Below are positions 20,054-33,689 of a stretch of DNA of 64,000 nt, piece after piece. Location of the stretch: assembly GCA_964016885.1 (NCBI GenBank), contig OZ024754.1:45756001-45820000 (forward strand), read 5' to 3'. The DNA is from Eledone cirrhosa. Its lineage: Eukaryota. Under the pieces are notes generated by a model, which was given only the letters and a program-made list of their open reading frames with translations, was not told the origin of the DNA and made no database searches. The translations under genes were made by a program, and so were the position numbers. Within the stretch, counting starts at the first letter, position 1, and every line of letters starts with the position of its first letter.

Positions 20054-20150
20054 CATTGCATTAAAACTTGTCATGATATAAGCATTGAAGAACAACAGAA
20101 AAATAAAAAGACCATAAGATTTTCAAGACCTCGGTGTCACAATGAATGTG

Positions 20151-20197
20151 GTTGCTGATGAAGGATATTAATTCTGAAATACAGCAATCGTGCAACA
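20151..20197 (+). ncRNA. Degenerate type I hammerhead ribozyme motif
   Basis: gttg-CTGATGA-AGGAT(atta)ATTCT-GAAA-tacagcaatc-GTG-caac. Core boxes, stem II and a 4 bp stem I are present; stem III and the cleavage triplet (GUG) are non-canonical. Confidence 0.5.
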
Positions 20198-20721
20198 GTA
20201 TTGAAATCCTTTCTTAAAATACACACATTGAGCTAAATTGTATGTTTATTATATATAGCAGGATTTTAACAATTGAAAACAGCAGTAAAAATAGAAATTT
20301 AATTATTTGAAATGTTTGTCAATAGAAATCACATTAAATGAGAATGGCGCAGCTTGTCTTCTCGCTTCATCATAGAAGCCGTTCTAATCATAATACACTA
20401 TAATGATTAATTCATTACTAATGTATTTGCATTGTTTTGTTTTTTTATATGGTTAGAGGTTATTTAGATCCTATATATAAATTATTGATCTATCGGCATC
20501 GTCTACAGTATTATTATAATTATTGGTCTGAACGGACGTCTTTTTGCTCGCTCTCGTAAGTCTATTTATTTACCTGTCAAAACTTATTTATTGAATTGTT
20601 TGTTACAAGCCCTTGGAATTTTCCCTGTGAAGGGGAAAGTATAATATTTGGCGAAATTAACAGAAATTGATACAACAGACACCACCACAAACAACGTGAA
20701 CAAAGAAAACAATGACAACAA

Positions 20722-21650
20722 CTCTGAGAACTCGGCAACTCGGCACCTGGAGAAGCAAGTCCATGCCGTCCAACAGCGTCGTTGGGCGCTGGTCGGACGG
20801 ACCGGTAAAGTTGCTCGGGGTTTGGTTTGGGTCAGACCTCCAGGTGGATAAGAATTGGGACGAGGTGACGGGCAGGATAGCCAGTATCACCCAGAAATGG
20901 GCTGCGAGAAAGCTATCACTGAAAGATCGGGCGGAGGTGGCGAATGCGTACATCGCGTCCGTCATCTACTATCGTCTGACGGTCGTCCCTTGCCCCCGTT
21001 CGCGCCTCGCCATCTTGGAGCGGCTCCTCTTCAAATCCTTGTGGAGGGGTCAGGTTCTGTTGGTGAAGTAGTCCATCTGCTGCCAGCACCCTCTACGTGG
21101 AGGGCTTGGCATGCCGTGGCTAATGATGCGCAGACACGCGCTGAGGCTGCGGCATCTCCAGATATTCTGCCTAAACTGTGAACAGGTCTGGTCGCCGTTT
21201 GTCAGACGGGCCTTTCCGCAACTCGTCTCTTTGACTGAGCTGCAGTCCTGGGTCAAGAAGAGACCGAGACGGGGGACTGGCATCTGGAATGTTGCCAGGC
21301 ACTCATTGCCCTCTACTAGGCGGGAAATGCAGTCAGTGAAACTTCCACTTTCGAGTTCTATAGAGGAGTAGTGGCGGGCAAGTGCGACGACGAAGTCGAA
21401 CTAACCAGTCTGGACTTTCGAGCCGGGGACGATGGATAATTTCCAAACATCCCTCGCTTGGCAGCGCTACCGGGGGGGGGGCACTGCCTGTTCGAGATAA
21501 ACTCTATAGGCACGGAAGCGCTGTCAGACGGACCTGTTCGGGATGCGCGCAGAGCGACGAAACCTTTCTGCTCGCACTCGTCCAGTGTCCGTGAATCACT
21601 GACTTGTGGAGTTATGTCGAACAGCTGTTGTTGCGTGTAGAACGGATCCG
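20722..21650 (+). pseudogene. Tx1/L1-type non-LTR retrotransposon ORF2 fragment (RT C-terminus/thumb and zf-RVT-like zinc finger)
   Basis: GC-rich island. VKLLGVWFG..NW....W..RKLSLKDRAEVANAYIASVIYY...LW...HPLRGGLGMP, then ALPVRDKL...CSGCAQSDETFLLALVQCP. Has a stop codon and frameshifts. Confidence 0.85.
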
Positions 21651-22235
21651 GATTTGTGGTAATGGTAGTAGTCTTATTTATGGACAGATCTGTGCAACAT
21701 GTGTGTGTACACTGTGATTTTCAGGTTGTTCTTAACGTATTGAAGATACTCTTCGTAATATAAGCAGTACCGGGTAAAGGTATGTGACGGATGTGGTTCT
21801 GTTAATGTATCTTTCCGTGTGTATTTTTCACCATTCACATATATTTGTAAGTCCTGGGGTTTTAGTTATGTATCTGTCTGTATTTATATCATTCCCATAT
21901 CACCTATTTTTATAGCTATTGTTTCTGTATTCATTATCGGTATTCCGGTTATTTCTATCTCTGGATCTTTATATTTGAATTATTTCTACATTTTCTCAGT
22001 AGATATATTGTCGTCTGTAGGGATTCATACATCAATTAGAAGACACTTTTCTTTCTTTGTGGTCTTTGACTATAATAATATCGATCGATTGGCTTTGATC
22101 TCCCTGTCTATATGTATTGGCATATTCCAGACTATGGTTGCTTTATCTGACACATTTTTTGGTGTGTCTATTCTTGCTGTTGTTGTTGTTGTCATTGTTA
22201 TTATATTATCATCATCATTATTATTATTATTATCG

Positions 22236-22389
22236 AGAGCGGTGGATTGGCAGTATCAGTAGATCGTCGGACGCCATGATGTGTGGCATAGTGTTACGAC
22301 CTTTTATGTTCTGAGTTCAAATCCCGCCGAGGTTATCTTTGCCTTTCATCCTTACGGGGTCGATAAAATAAAGCACCAGTAATGCACTG
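22236..22389 (+). mobile_element. tRNA-derived SINE lacking the tail
   Basis: gcggtggattggcagtatc head, gagttcaaatcccgccgagg, family core. Confidence 0.9.
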
Positions 22390-22407
22390 TATATGTATGT
22401 ATAAGTA

Positions 22408-22448
<41 letters not shown>

Positions 22449-22881
22449 GACAGAGAGAGAGAGACCCATAGATAGATAAATATCAAATGTAATGCATATA
22501 TAACTGAACATAAGGTTTACTGTATTGCTACTTCGGGTTTCACAACGTCGGATAAATAATAAGAAATTGATGAAACTCTGAACCTTTCCAGCTTTAGTTT
22601 TGTTGCCATTTTTGTGTTGAATATCAAGAGTTGATTTTATGGCAGTAGTTATCAGTGTGGCGTTTTTTACTGTTTCTACGTATGTTGCAATGTTCTGATG
22701 TGACTGGTGTTGTGCCGCTACTATTGACCTATATTATGTTTCATGATTTTAACCAATTTTTACCTGTAACGAAATTTGCCGTAGGAATTTGTTCCTATAT
22801 ATATATATATATATATATATGCGTGAATCTAATACTCACAGTTTGTACTGCACTCTTCGTTATTGTTTTTGTTTTCTGTTT

Positions 22882-22932
<51 letters not shown>

Positions 22933-23971
22933 TATATTTATTGCTATATTTTGAGTGAGTGTATTGGTTGTTTATTGATATTGTATTTTCCTGCTGTCCA
23001 TGGTGAATATTCTTCTTTATTATTTTGTCGATGTTTTCTGTTAATTTCCAAATATATTGCGATAAGTATGATGCATTCCCTTAGCAATAGCTTCGAAATA
23101 TTGGATATAACATATTTATACATGCTAGCCATTGACTGATTTTAATTTCCGTGCCATCTCTTGACAGAGCTAGAATTTTTATGACGCTGGCTAAGTTTTT
23201 TGAAATCTTTATTTAGTATGAAGCATAATGGGTTATCGAAACCTGATTGGCCGGGTATGCATGTTTATTGAAGGTGCTTATACAATATTTATAAATGTTG
23301 TTTTCTAAGTTTTCATTGTAATTGTAGCTTAATATTATTCTTAATAAATATATTGCAATGTTTGTGAAAGCTGGGGACATATTTCATGGTCTCTGGACAC
23401 TGTATATATATATATATGTGTGTGTGTGTGTTAACATACTGGATAATCCAAAAGATCTTTATTATTCTCTTGGTACTTTTATTATATTGTCAAGACCTGT
23501 TAATCTACTGGTACTCTCATGTCAAACAGTCTTTTTTGGATTATATCCTGGAAATTGACTTAATATTCCTGTCTAGAGATGCAATCATGTCGGGTAGATA
23601 ATTGGAATTAACCTTTCTGTATAACAATTCCTCATTCCATTTTTTTAAATTCTGAGAAGTTAATTTATAAACCAACAGTTTATCATGTCCCTTAGTCAGA
23701 AGGGCAAAACTGTACATTGCCCTTGTTAAAGCCTTCAACACAGGGGAAAAGTGTACAAGAAGGTCTACTCTACCTGATGGCCTGGGGTAAACGCTTACAA
23801 TAGCGAGTACGCTGCTAAAAGTGGATAACTTTATTGTATAGAGAGTCAAGTGATAGAGTTAGTCTGAATAACGAATTATACGTACTTCCTAAGTAGATCA
23901 GGTCAGATGTTACACTTAGAAAGCGAAGAAAATGAACAAATACTGGCCCAAAGAATCAGCACACCGCTTTA

Positions 23972-24105
23972 TAATAATTGTTTCTACTTTTGGCACAAGG
24001 CCAGCAATTACCCAGTACATTACTGGTACTTTATAATAATGTGATACTTTATTTATCGACCTTGGAAACAGGAAAAGCAAAGTGGGTCTCGGTGGTATTT
24101 GAGAA
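23972..24105 (-). mobile_element. tRNA-derived SINE, degenerate partial copy
   Basis: Tail tgtttctacttttggcacaaggccagcaattacccagt and diverged core. Confidence 0.75.
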
Positions 24106-24299
24106 CATCTACAATATACTACGTGATTAGTTCAATTTGTTCTGATCTCCAGAAGTTCATTAAATTTCCTTTATCACTTATAATTTTTGTTCATATGCTT
24201 GGTTATATCTAGTTTGTTATCTCAGCAATAACAGCGTAATTAAAACAGTTATGACTAATGCCATCTTTAGAATTCACTTTGTGACCACACACCCCACGC

Positions 24300-25540
24300 C
24301 CACACCCCACCACTACCACCATCGCCACCATCACCACCAACACCAACACCATCACCACCACCATTGGTGATATTGCTGAAACCGTTGAAATCATGCAAAA
24401 GTAATTTGGTGGCGTTTTTTTATTGTTGATAATGTTTTAGCAATTAATTTTGCTGTTGATGATATTGATGATGGTGGTGGTTGGAGGGGGGGTTCATGTT
24501 GATGGCGGTAGTGGTGAGGTTGGGGGATGTTGATGGTGGTAGTAGTAGTAACAGTGGTGGCAGTAGTGGTAGTAGTGCTGGTGGTGTTGGTGAATCTAAT
24601 ATTGGTATAGATGGCATTGATGATGATGATGGTGGTAGGAGTGATGGTATTGATGGTGGTGGTGGTGGTGGTGGTATTGATAGTGATATTGATGGTGACA
24701 CTGATATGGATGATGGTTGTATTGGTGATGTTAGCGAGTTAGTTTACGTAATCGATAGCCCTGCTTGAATATAACATCGATATCTCCCTTTAGAATCTAA
24801 ATTAATGGATTGATCGAGCAAGGTAGTTCTTGATACACAAAATTGCTGGATGGTCAGGGTTGGATTGCTTTTAATTATAGCTCTACTTTTTTTAAATTTG
24901 GACCTAAACTACAAGAAAGGCAACATAATAACCCCCTCGATACGACCATCAATTCCACCAGAACCAAAAGGCCCTCATCAAATCCAACGACACCCTCGTC
25001 TTCATCTTCACCAACACAACAAATACCACCACCACCACCACCATATTCAATGTAATCTATACCAATATTAGATTCTCCACCACCAATATCACTACCACCA
25101 CCACCACCACCATCAATACCACCACCACCACCATCAATAATACCATCACCACCACCACCATCAATACCACCACCATCAGCATCATTAATACCACCACCAC
25201 CACCACCAATACCACCACCACCATCATCAATACCATCACTCCTATCAACATCATCATCATCAATGCCATCTATACCAATATTAGATTCACCAACACCACC
25301 AGCACTAATATCACTACTACTACTACCACCACCATCAACAACATCACTAACTCCACCACCCCCACCCCCACCATCACCACGACCACCCCCATCACCACTA
25401 CCACCACCACCATCACCATCAACAACAACATCACTAACTCCACCACCCCCACCATCACCACCACCACCCCCATCACCACTATCACCACCACCACTATCAC
25501 CACTATCACCACCATCACCACCACCACTATCACCACCATA
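24300..25540. repeat. (ACC/GGT)n-rich low-complexity region containing an inverted duplication
   Basis: About 24570-24680 is the reverse complement of about 25205-25306, including the non-simple core gaatctaatattggtatagatggcattg. Confidence 0.85.
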
Positions 25541-25669
25541 TAAAAGTCAGTGCCGTAGAAATGTTATCCAACATGGCCGATTCTATCAAAAATTAGCTCG
25601 TTACAAGCTAATATTTTTTTATTCAATAATGGAATATCCAATCTCATTCTAATTGATTATTTTTAGGCA

Positions 25670-26283
25670 TTTTCCTCTCTCTCTCTCTCTTTCCCTCCCC
25701 TCCCCCCTCTCTCTCTCTCTCTCTGTCTCTCTCGCCTTATGTATCTTTCTCTTTCTCTCTCTTTCTGTCTGCTTTTCTGTCTGTCTCTTTCTCTCTCTTT
25801 CTGTCTCTCTCTAACTATATCTCTCTCTCTCTTTCTGAGCCTCTCTTCCTCTTTCTCTCTGTTTTCGTCACTGTCTCTCTCCCCCTCTCTCTCTCCCCCT
25901 CTCACTTACTCTCTCTGACCTCTCGCACATTCTGATTCTCTCTCTCTCTCTTTCTTTCATACCCTTTTAATCTCATACTCTCTCTTTCTCTCACAAATGC
26001 TCACCTTTTCTCTCTTTCATTAACTTTTTATTTCTTTCCCTATATTTTCCTTTTAATCTCCTTCTCTTTCCTTCATTTACACCTTTCCATTTTTCTCTCT
26101 CACATTCTTTCACTCTTTAACAATCTCTTCCTCTCACGCAAGCGTCATACGCTTTCTACTCTCTCTCTATCTATCTATCTATCTATCTATCTATCACATT
26201 AATTGCTTGTTCCTCTCTTTCACTTTTGTCTATCATTTGTTACATCTTATTCTGTTTTTACACATCTCTCTCTCTCTCTCTCC

Positions 26284-26315
<32 letters not shown>

Positions 26316-26600
26316 ACTTTTTCTAAATAGCTCAATTTAATTAATTCGATCCTTCTATGCATCTATGCCCCATTTTCACACGCTTTTCCCTATTCTCTCT
26401 CTCTCTCTCACTCCTCCCCTTCTCTCTCCACTCTCTCTCACTCACTTCCCCTCTCCCTCTCTGCCCCCCTCCTCCTCTCTGCCTCTCTTTCTCTCGCTCC
26501 TTGTCTCCTTCGTGCCTTTATCCAATCACTTACTGCTTCTCTCTCTCCCTCCCTCTCTCCCTCCTCTCCCCCTCTCTCTCCCTCACAGGTTTTAATTAAT
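25670..26600. repeat. Polypyrimidine (CT)-rich tract
   Basis: Direct reading. Confidence 0.9.
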
Positions 26601-26767
26601 GAGTCTTTCTCTTCTCAATCCTCCCTATTCCTGCCGCCATCTTTATTCTGTCTTTTCTTAAGAATTTCTTCAGGTTTTCTTTAACGTTTCTCTTTCATTT
26701 CTCATATTCCCCCTTTTTTCTACTTCTTTTGTAACATTTTAAAAAGTCGCCCTTTGCAATCTCTTCT

Positions 26768-26940
26768 GTGATGATGATGGCGATGGTGATGATGATGATG
26801 GCGATGGTGATGATGGTGATGGTGATGGCAATGGTGATGGTGATGATGATGATGGCGATGGTGATGATGATGGTGGCGATGGTGATGGCGATGGTGATGG
26901 TGATGGTGATGATGGCGATGGTGATGATGATGATGATGTG
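26768..26940. repeat. (GAT/GGT/GGC)n tract
   Basis: Direct reading. Confidence 0.9.
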
Positions 26941-27159
26941 GGTGGGGTATGAGGGCGGGTCGGATGTTTTCGACGGAAACGAAGCTTCATTACTCCCACA
27001 TTGTGGTTTTCGACATCATCATCATCATCATCACTGTCGTCTTCTACATCGACATCACCATGATTGTTGTCATCAGTGACGTCATCGTTGTCATCATCAT
27101 CATAGTCATCACAGTAATTGTCATTTCACCCAAAACATCATCGACGTCATAATAATAAT

Positions 27160-27438
27160 AATAATTGTTTCTACTTTTTGGCACAAGGCCAGCAATTCAC
27201 CAGTGTATTACTGGTACTTTATTTTATCGACCCCGTAAGGATGAAAGGCAAAGTTAACCTCGGCGAGATTTAAGGCCAGCAATTACCCCAGTGCATTACT
27301 GGTACTTTATTTTATCGACCTTGGATGAAAGGATGAAAGGCAAAGCTAACCTCAGCAAGATTTGAACTCAGAACGTAAAGGGCTGTAACTCTATACTGCA
27401 GAGTATGATGTCCGATGCTCTAACGATTCTGCCAATTA
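27160..27438 (-). mobile_element. Tandem SINE pair (partial copy joined to a copy lacking its tail end)
   Basis: Tail plus core at 27160-27271, then a restart at aaggccagcaattacccc (27272) running through core, B-box and head to about 27438. Confidence 0.88.
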
Positions 27439-27478
27439 TTTCACCATCAACATCATCTTCCTCATCGTTATCCTTAAC

Positions 27479-27687
27479 TGTAGTAGTAGTAGCAGCAGCA
27501 GCAGTAGTAGTAGTAGTAGTAGTAGTAGTAGCAGTAGTAGTAGTAGTAGTAGTAGTAGCAGTAGTAGTAGCAGTAGTAGTAGTAGTAGCAGTAGTAGTAG
27601 CAGCAGTAGTAGTAGCAGTAGCAGCAGCAGAGCAGCAGTAGTAGTAGTAGCAGAAGTAGTAGTACTAGTAGTAGTAGTAGTAGTAGC

Positions 27688-27723
<36 letters not shown>
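27479..27723. repeat. (TAG/CAG)n tract
   Basis: Direct reading. Confidence 0.95.
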
Positions 27724-27724
<1 letters not shown>

Positions 27725-27985
27725 TCTCCCTCACCACCAACATAGTCATATACTATCATGCTAATTGTTACCGTTGATACCATAGCAATATCTTGTGAGA
27801 TAAACCTCATTGCTGACGTCATCATAGCTAAATTTATTTCAATTCACACAATTTTACATGTTACTTCTTTAATTTTACTTGCTATAGTTATTATTGTTCG
27901 GTAGAGCGTCAGACACCATGCTTTGCAGCATAAAATCGTGGCCCTTTACGTAAAAGTAATACGGTAAAACCTGAAGTTTGCTCTC

Positions 27986-28102
27986 AACATCATTTTCAAA
28001 TTGCACTCCTTGAATATTCAAATTGCTCCCCTGTGGGAATCAACATCATTTTCAAATTGCACTTCTTGAATATTCAAATTGTTCCCCTGTTGGGAATCAC
28101 TG
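27986..28102. repeat. 56 bp tandem duplication ending in a hAT/Charlie-like terminus
   Basis: caacatcattttcaaattgcact(c/t)cttgaatattcaaattg(c/t)tcccctgt(t)gggaat twice. The end reads CAGTGATTCCCAAC on the minus strand. Confidence 0.75.
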
Positions 28103-29021
28103 TTATACAGCCAGTTCTGGGCTTCTTTAACCCTTTCCTTTTTTACCCCTGTTTTTACATTTCTTTTGTTTTTATCCTTCTTTTGATATTTTCATCATTG
28201 AGCGTGCCGTAAGCTAGAGCTGAATCGAATATAAACGGCAGCCACTTCTAACTCAAATACAAAACACTTTAGTATTTAGAATAAATAAATAAACGTTACA
28301 ACCACAGAATATTTCTCTCCAATGGGAAATTTCAGTATAGAAATTTTTTCAGCCTAGACAATTTTTTAAATATTATTATTGGCACTGTTTATAAGATTTA
28401 TCTTTCTTAAAGCGGATTTATAAAGATGCTAGTGTTAAATCTATATGAGACTGTTAGCTAATATTATATAACACATTTGTGTTGTATACATGATTATATG
28501 TTTGGTATATGTGAGGATAAAAATGAGATGGGGAATTGATATAGAGATGAGGAAATATAAATGAAATAGTTAAGACGTAGTAGTTTATATACTTTGAAAT
28601 CTTAATAAAAATCAGGATAACTGTATCCGAAATATTTTGATCGTAAATCTACTAATTTTTTTTGGCTGACTTGGACATAATCAATAATAGAAATGAGATA
28701 TATGATATTACTACCATTATCATCACTTACAAACTAGCTTTTCCACCCTGAATTCCATCATAATATATTTATATTAATACCATGCTACCCCAAGAACCAT
28801 GAGTACGAACCACCAAAAGGAATTCTTAGCAGTCCGTATATGAAGAGAGCCAAGTTGTGAAATGGTAAAGTGGTAGGGTGAAAGGACTGTGTTGCTGGCG
28901 TCGGATTCCACATCCGAGCGTTGGGGGGGGGGGGGGGGCGTCTCGTGTTTGTTTTATATATATATATATGTGTGTGTGTGTGTAAATATATATGTATAGA
29001 CGTATATTTAAATATATATAG

Positions 29022-29071
<50 letters not shown>

Positions 29072-29075
<4 letters not shown>

Positions 29076-29531
29076 CGTTTCGGAATTTGTTTAGCAAGAT
29101 TCTTTATCTGAAAACGTGTTGAAACCGATATTGTTATGCTTTGGGAGGATCATGTTGCCAATAAGAAACACACGCACCAGTTGCTTTCACTCCAATTTAT
29201 TATAAATTAAATTTATAAATTTCCGGTTGGTTGGTTGGTTGGTTCCACAACCAGACGATTGTTCATATATTGTCAAAGTTCTTTCGTCACACATTCTGTG
29301 ACCTCTTCAGTGACTGGGGATTCTTTTCTTTGTTTACTGAAGAAGTCACAGAATGTGTGACGAAAGAACTTTGACAATATATGAACAATCGTCTGGTTGT
29401 GGAACCAACCAACCAACCGGAAATCTATAAATTCTTAAATTTATAAATTTAATTTATAATAAATTGGAGTGAAAGCAACTGCTGCGTGTGTTTCTTATTG
29501 GCAACATGACCCTCCCAAAGCATAACAATAT
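29072..29531. mobile_element. TA-flanked fold-back element: ~185-195 bp inverted arms, each with a hammerhead core (Penelope-like pseudo-LTR or retrozyme-like)
   Basis: 29128-29311 is the reverse complement of 29337-29531 with few differences. Each arm has CTGAAGA-R-GTCACA(gaatg)TGTGAC-GAAA. Confidence 0.8.
29330..29388 (+). ncRNA. Type I hammerhead ribozyme motif, weak stem III
   Basis: Stem I ttgttta/tgaacaa (7 bp with one G-U), CTGAAGA 29338-29344, 6 bp stem II, GAAA, and an AUA triplet before the 3' arm of stem I. Stem III pairs poorly. Confidence 0.65.
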
Positions 29532-30093
29532 ATATATATATATATATATGTGTGTGTATGTATGTATGAATATATATGTACATTTATGTATATATGTACA
29601 TGTATATGTATATATATGTGTCTGTGTATGTATAGGTTTGCCTGTCTGTGTAACGTATATGAATATATATATATATATAATTGTATAATAAAATATAGAC
29701 AGTGAAGTGGCTAGTTGTTAGACTGACAATAGACAGACACAGAGACTGACATACACACAGACTGACACACAGACATACTGACAGTCAGGCTGACACACAG
29801 ACAGACTGACACACAGACAGATAAAAAGACAGACAGACGAAGAGGCGAATATATATTATTAGACTGATTTATATAAGTTCGTGCTTTCACAAAATTGACG
29901 CCACAATTTCTTTTTAAATACCTGATTGTCAGCAAAGATCGATAAATAATTACATATGATGCACTTAAAGTATGTTCAAGATTCGTCCGTGACCTGGTTC
30001 CAACGATGGTAAACTCTACATAGAGGTAGAATTTCAATTAGTTATCAATAAATATTCTAGAAGGAAATTAATGTAATATAAACAAAAATAGGA

Positions 30094-30475
30094 CAATGTG
30101 TTGAGACAATATTCTACAAGAATCAATGTAGTAGTGATGGGGAAGTTTTCTTTTTAAAAAGAAGGGGGTTTTATATTACTATATTACGTGTTCCAGAATG
30201 GGGGCTGAGGCCAAGCTGAGGCACCGCCATTCTATATATTGATTCATACATACATTTGTGCTGTAGAATATTGTATAGAGTGGAATATATATTAGCGTTA
30301 TTAGCGGGTGACCAGGAAACACAGATTTGAAAGACATAGTAAGCTGCCTAATGTAATTACCCTAATCAGACCATTATATACTACACTGTCTCTATAATAG
30401 GCTACAGTACATACGTATATATGATTCCATATGTAGTAAACCTTGATTCTTGTAGAATATTGTCTCAGTACATTG
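30094..30475. mobile_element. MITE-like element with 33 bp terminal inverted repeats
   Basis: caatgtgttgagacaatattctacaagaatcaa (30094-30126) versus ttgattcttgtagaatattgtctcagtacattg (30443-30475); inner 25 bp perfect, 2 mismatches overall. No TSD seen. Confidence 0.7.
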
Positions 30476-30568
30476 AGTTGTATTGAATACGCACGGGGGT
30501 TCTTCCCCTTTTTTCTCACATTTTCTCTGTCACTTCCTTCCTCTTACCATTCTTTAGTTTCTAACTCT

Positions 30569-30606
30569 ATCTTCTGATGAAGGACTAGTGTCCGAAACGA
30601 TGAGAC
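30569..30606 (+). ncRNA. Minimal type I hammerhead motif (family B) with one core mutation
   Basis: atctt-CTGATGA-A-GGAC(tagt)GTCC-GAAA-CG-AT-gagac. The homologue at 38201-38236 has the canonical CG-TT. Confidence 0.7.
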
Positions 30607-30685
30607 TCTTTTGCTGCTATTGCAAGCTTTAAACTAATATATTTCTTTCATGTACTATGCCGTTTGTTTTATTATTTTTTTTACC

Positions 30686-30716
<31 letters not shown>

Positions 30717-31205
30717 GATATAACATATATATATATATAACATACATAAATGAACAGGTATAGATATATCTATGAGGTGTAAATACATATTTCTATAATT
30801 CAAGAATGTATTACGTACGCCATTCCGCTTCTCTCCGTGTAATTTAATTATCAAAATTTATGCCATTGGCTTATTTTAGTTATTTCCGTTTAGTCATACT
30901 TTTAAATCATACAATGTAACATTGTGATGTATTTTGTGTTAATATATATGTAAAATTCTTTCTACTGATATGTAGATTTGTTAAGATTTTATGTTGTCTG
31001 ACATTTATACTAATCAATGTACGAGTAAACCATGTTAAGTACTCAATACAATAGTGCTATCATGGTGAGACCATGTCGGTATAAGGTACGAAAGATAATT
31101 ACTACCTGTGACTTATTAAAATATACACACACATTCTCTCTCTCACTTACACATACACACACTCTCTCTCTCGCTCTCTCTCTCTCTCTCACTCTCACTC
31201 TCACT

Positions 31206-31287
<82 letters not shown>

Positions 31288-31620
31288 TTTCCTGACTCTG
31301 GAAGAAATCTGCTGTGACTGGATGTGTTCCACCAGGTTTCAAAATGAAAAGATGAGACCCCCTGCAATTCCATTATGATTTACAAGTCTATACATAATCT
31401 TTAGATAGGAAAAAAGCATAATATGCATATTAATATGACATAACACAATATAATGTACTGTAATATGTAACCATGCTGTGACATATTAACTACATGTGTG
31501 TGTATGTGTGTGTCTGTGTGTGTATGTGTGTGTGTGTAACAATATCCGTAGAATATTCTGGTGGTCTGGTGAATATTGGGCCTTGAATTGTTGGGGAGCG
31601 CTTTTGTTCCTTGTATGAAC

Positions 31621-31621
<1 letters not shown>

Positions 31622-31675
<54 letters not shown>

Positions 31676-31761
31676 TATATATATATATATAATATTATAT
31701 ATATATATATAATATTATATATATATATATATATAATATTATATATATATATATATAATAT

Positions 31762-31792
<31 letters not shown>

Positions 31793-31855
31793 TATATATA
31801 TAATATTATATATATATATATATATAATATTATATATATATATAATATTATATAT

Positions 31856-31887
<32 letters not shown>

Positions 31888-31931
31888 ATATTATATATAT
31901 ATATATATATAATATTATATATATATATATA

Positions 31932-31971
<40 letters not shown>

Positions 31972-31987
31972 TATATATATATATATA

Positions 31988-32027
<40 letters not shown>

Positions 32028-32182
32028 TATATATATATATATATAATATTATATATATATATATAATATATATATATAATATTATATATATATATATATA
32101 TAATATTATATATATATATATATAATATATATATATATATATTATATATATATATATATATAATATTATATATATATATATA

Positions 32183-32222
<40 letters not shown>

Positions 32223-32238
32223 TATATATATATATATA

Positions 32239-32278
<40 letters not shown>

Positions 32279-32294
32279 TATATATATATATATA

Positions 32295-32352
<58 letters not shown>
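31622..32352. repeat. (TA)n array with ATAT/TTAT phase shifts
   Basis: Direct reading. Confidence 0.97.
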
Positions 32353-32357
<5 letters not shown>

Positions 32358-33689
32358 GAGAACAAAACGAACACAGGGCGAATGAAAAAATGCATTTTAC
32401 TTTCTCTTCAGCCATCTCTGAACAATGCACTTTCGTGCATAAGTATGATAGGCTGGTATTGCATGATATTGAGCTCAAGTTGCACGACGGCTTTGATGAA
32501 GCCACCGGGAGGATACATATGAGACAACACAGCAACATAGAGACAGGATACAACAGCTGAGTATCTTTCGACTACGACAGGATACGGTACAGACATGTTG
32601 TGCAACTGGGAACGACATAGAGAGGAAAATATAGTTTCCTCAAGAAAGAGGAGAGACGAAATAAATAGAGAGAGAGAGAGAGAGCGTTGTCGAGCTGAGA
32701 AGTAAAAGTTAGTTAGTCAAAGAAGCATACATCATCGCTGAAAATAGCAGCCACATAGCGAATTGAAGAACAATAGGGTTGTTCTAGAAATACTAGGAAA
32801 AGGAAAATGTGCTTGTAAAGATTTCAACGGTGTTGGTCTTTGTGTAGTAGGTATCTGGCATGAATCTACACAACAATATGTAGTGCGGTCCTTAGTGAAA
32901 GAAAATTCAATCCATTTGAGAGATTGAGATTTTTTTTTTTTTTTTTTTTTGCTCTTCCAAATTTTAGATAAATTTGTGTTTTCTAATCATAAAGTCTAAT
33001 AAATAAAGATACAAAGGAAAGGACAAACATGTCGTGTTGATATTTCATATAACTTTGCAGAAATTGTGTTTATTTAATCACAAACATTAAACATCTAATT
33101 AAATATTATTACAAACAATTATTAATTTTCGTCGGATTCCAAAAACGCCGCTGAAGTTAAACGAAATCATAAAGGTGAGAGAAAAAGAAAATTTATGGTG
33201 TGTTTAGATAGTTGGTATATGTGTAGTTATAAATTACTGGATATTCATTATTTAGTTAGGTGTAACTATATGTTTGGCTATAACTCAATTAATATATTTA
33301 CATGAGTAATATCAATATCATATATTAAAGTATTCCATCATCCATGTAGATTGAAGGAAATTTTACATGGCTGTACACAAGAAATCAGCTCCAATGTTCC
33401 CTTTATTTATGCAATCTTTTTGTCGTGTATTGAACTCGTATTGAGCGCTGAGTAATTGTTTAAATATCTAACGACAGCCAATCATATCACAATCATCTGT
33501 TTCAAGAGTGCTCCTGTTTTTTTGCCTATATAGTATGCTTCAGCTCAATTAAATCGGGATACAGAATCCGATCCATCAGGTTTGAAGTACAGACTCCATT
33601 TTCATATATAAATATATATATATATATATAAACAACTATATATATATCCTTCGAATGAAACAGTTCTAGTCCTGTCGAAGCCATTTCTA

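Noticed and set aside
23000-23900. Possible decayed LINE coding sequence on the minus strand (102 aa ORF)
   Set aside because: No convincing ordered motifs by eye.
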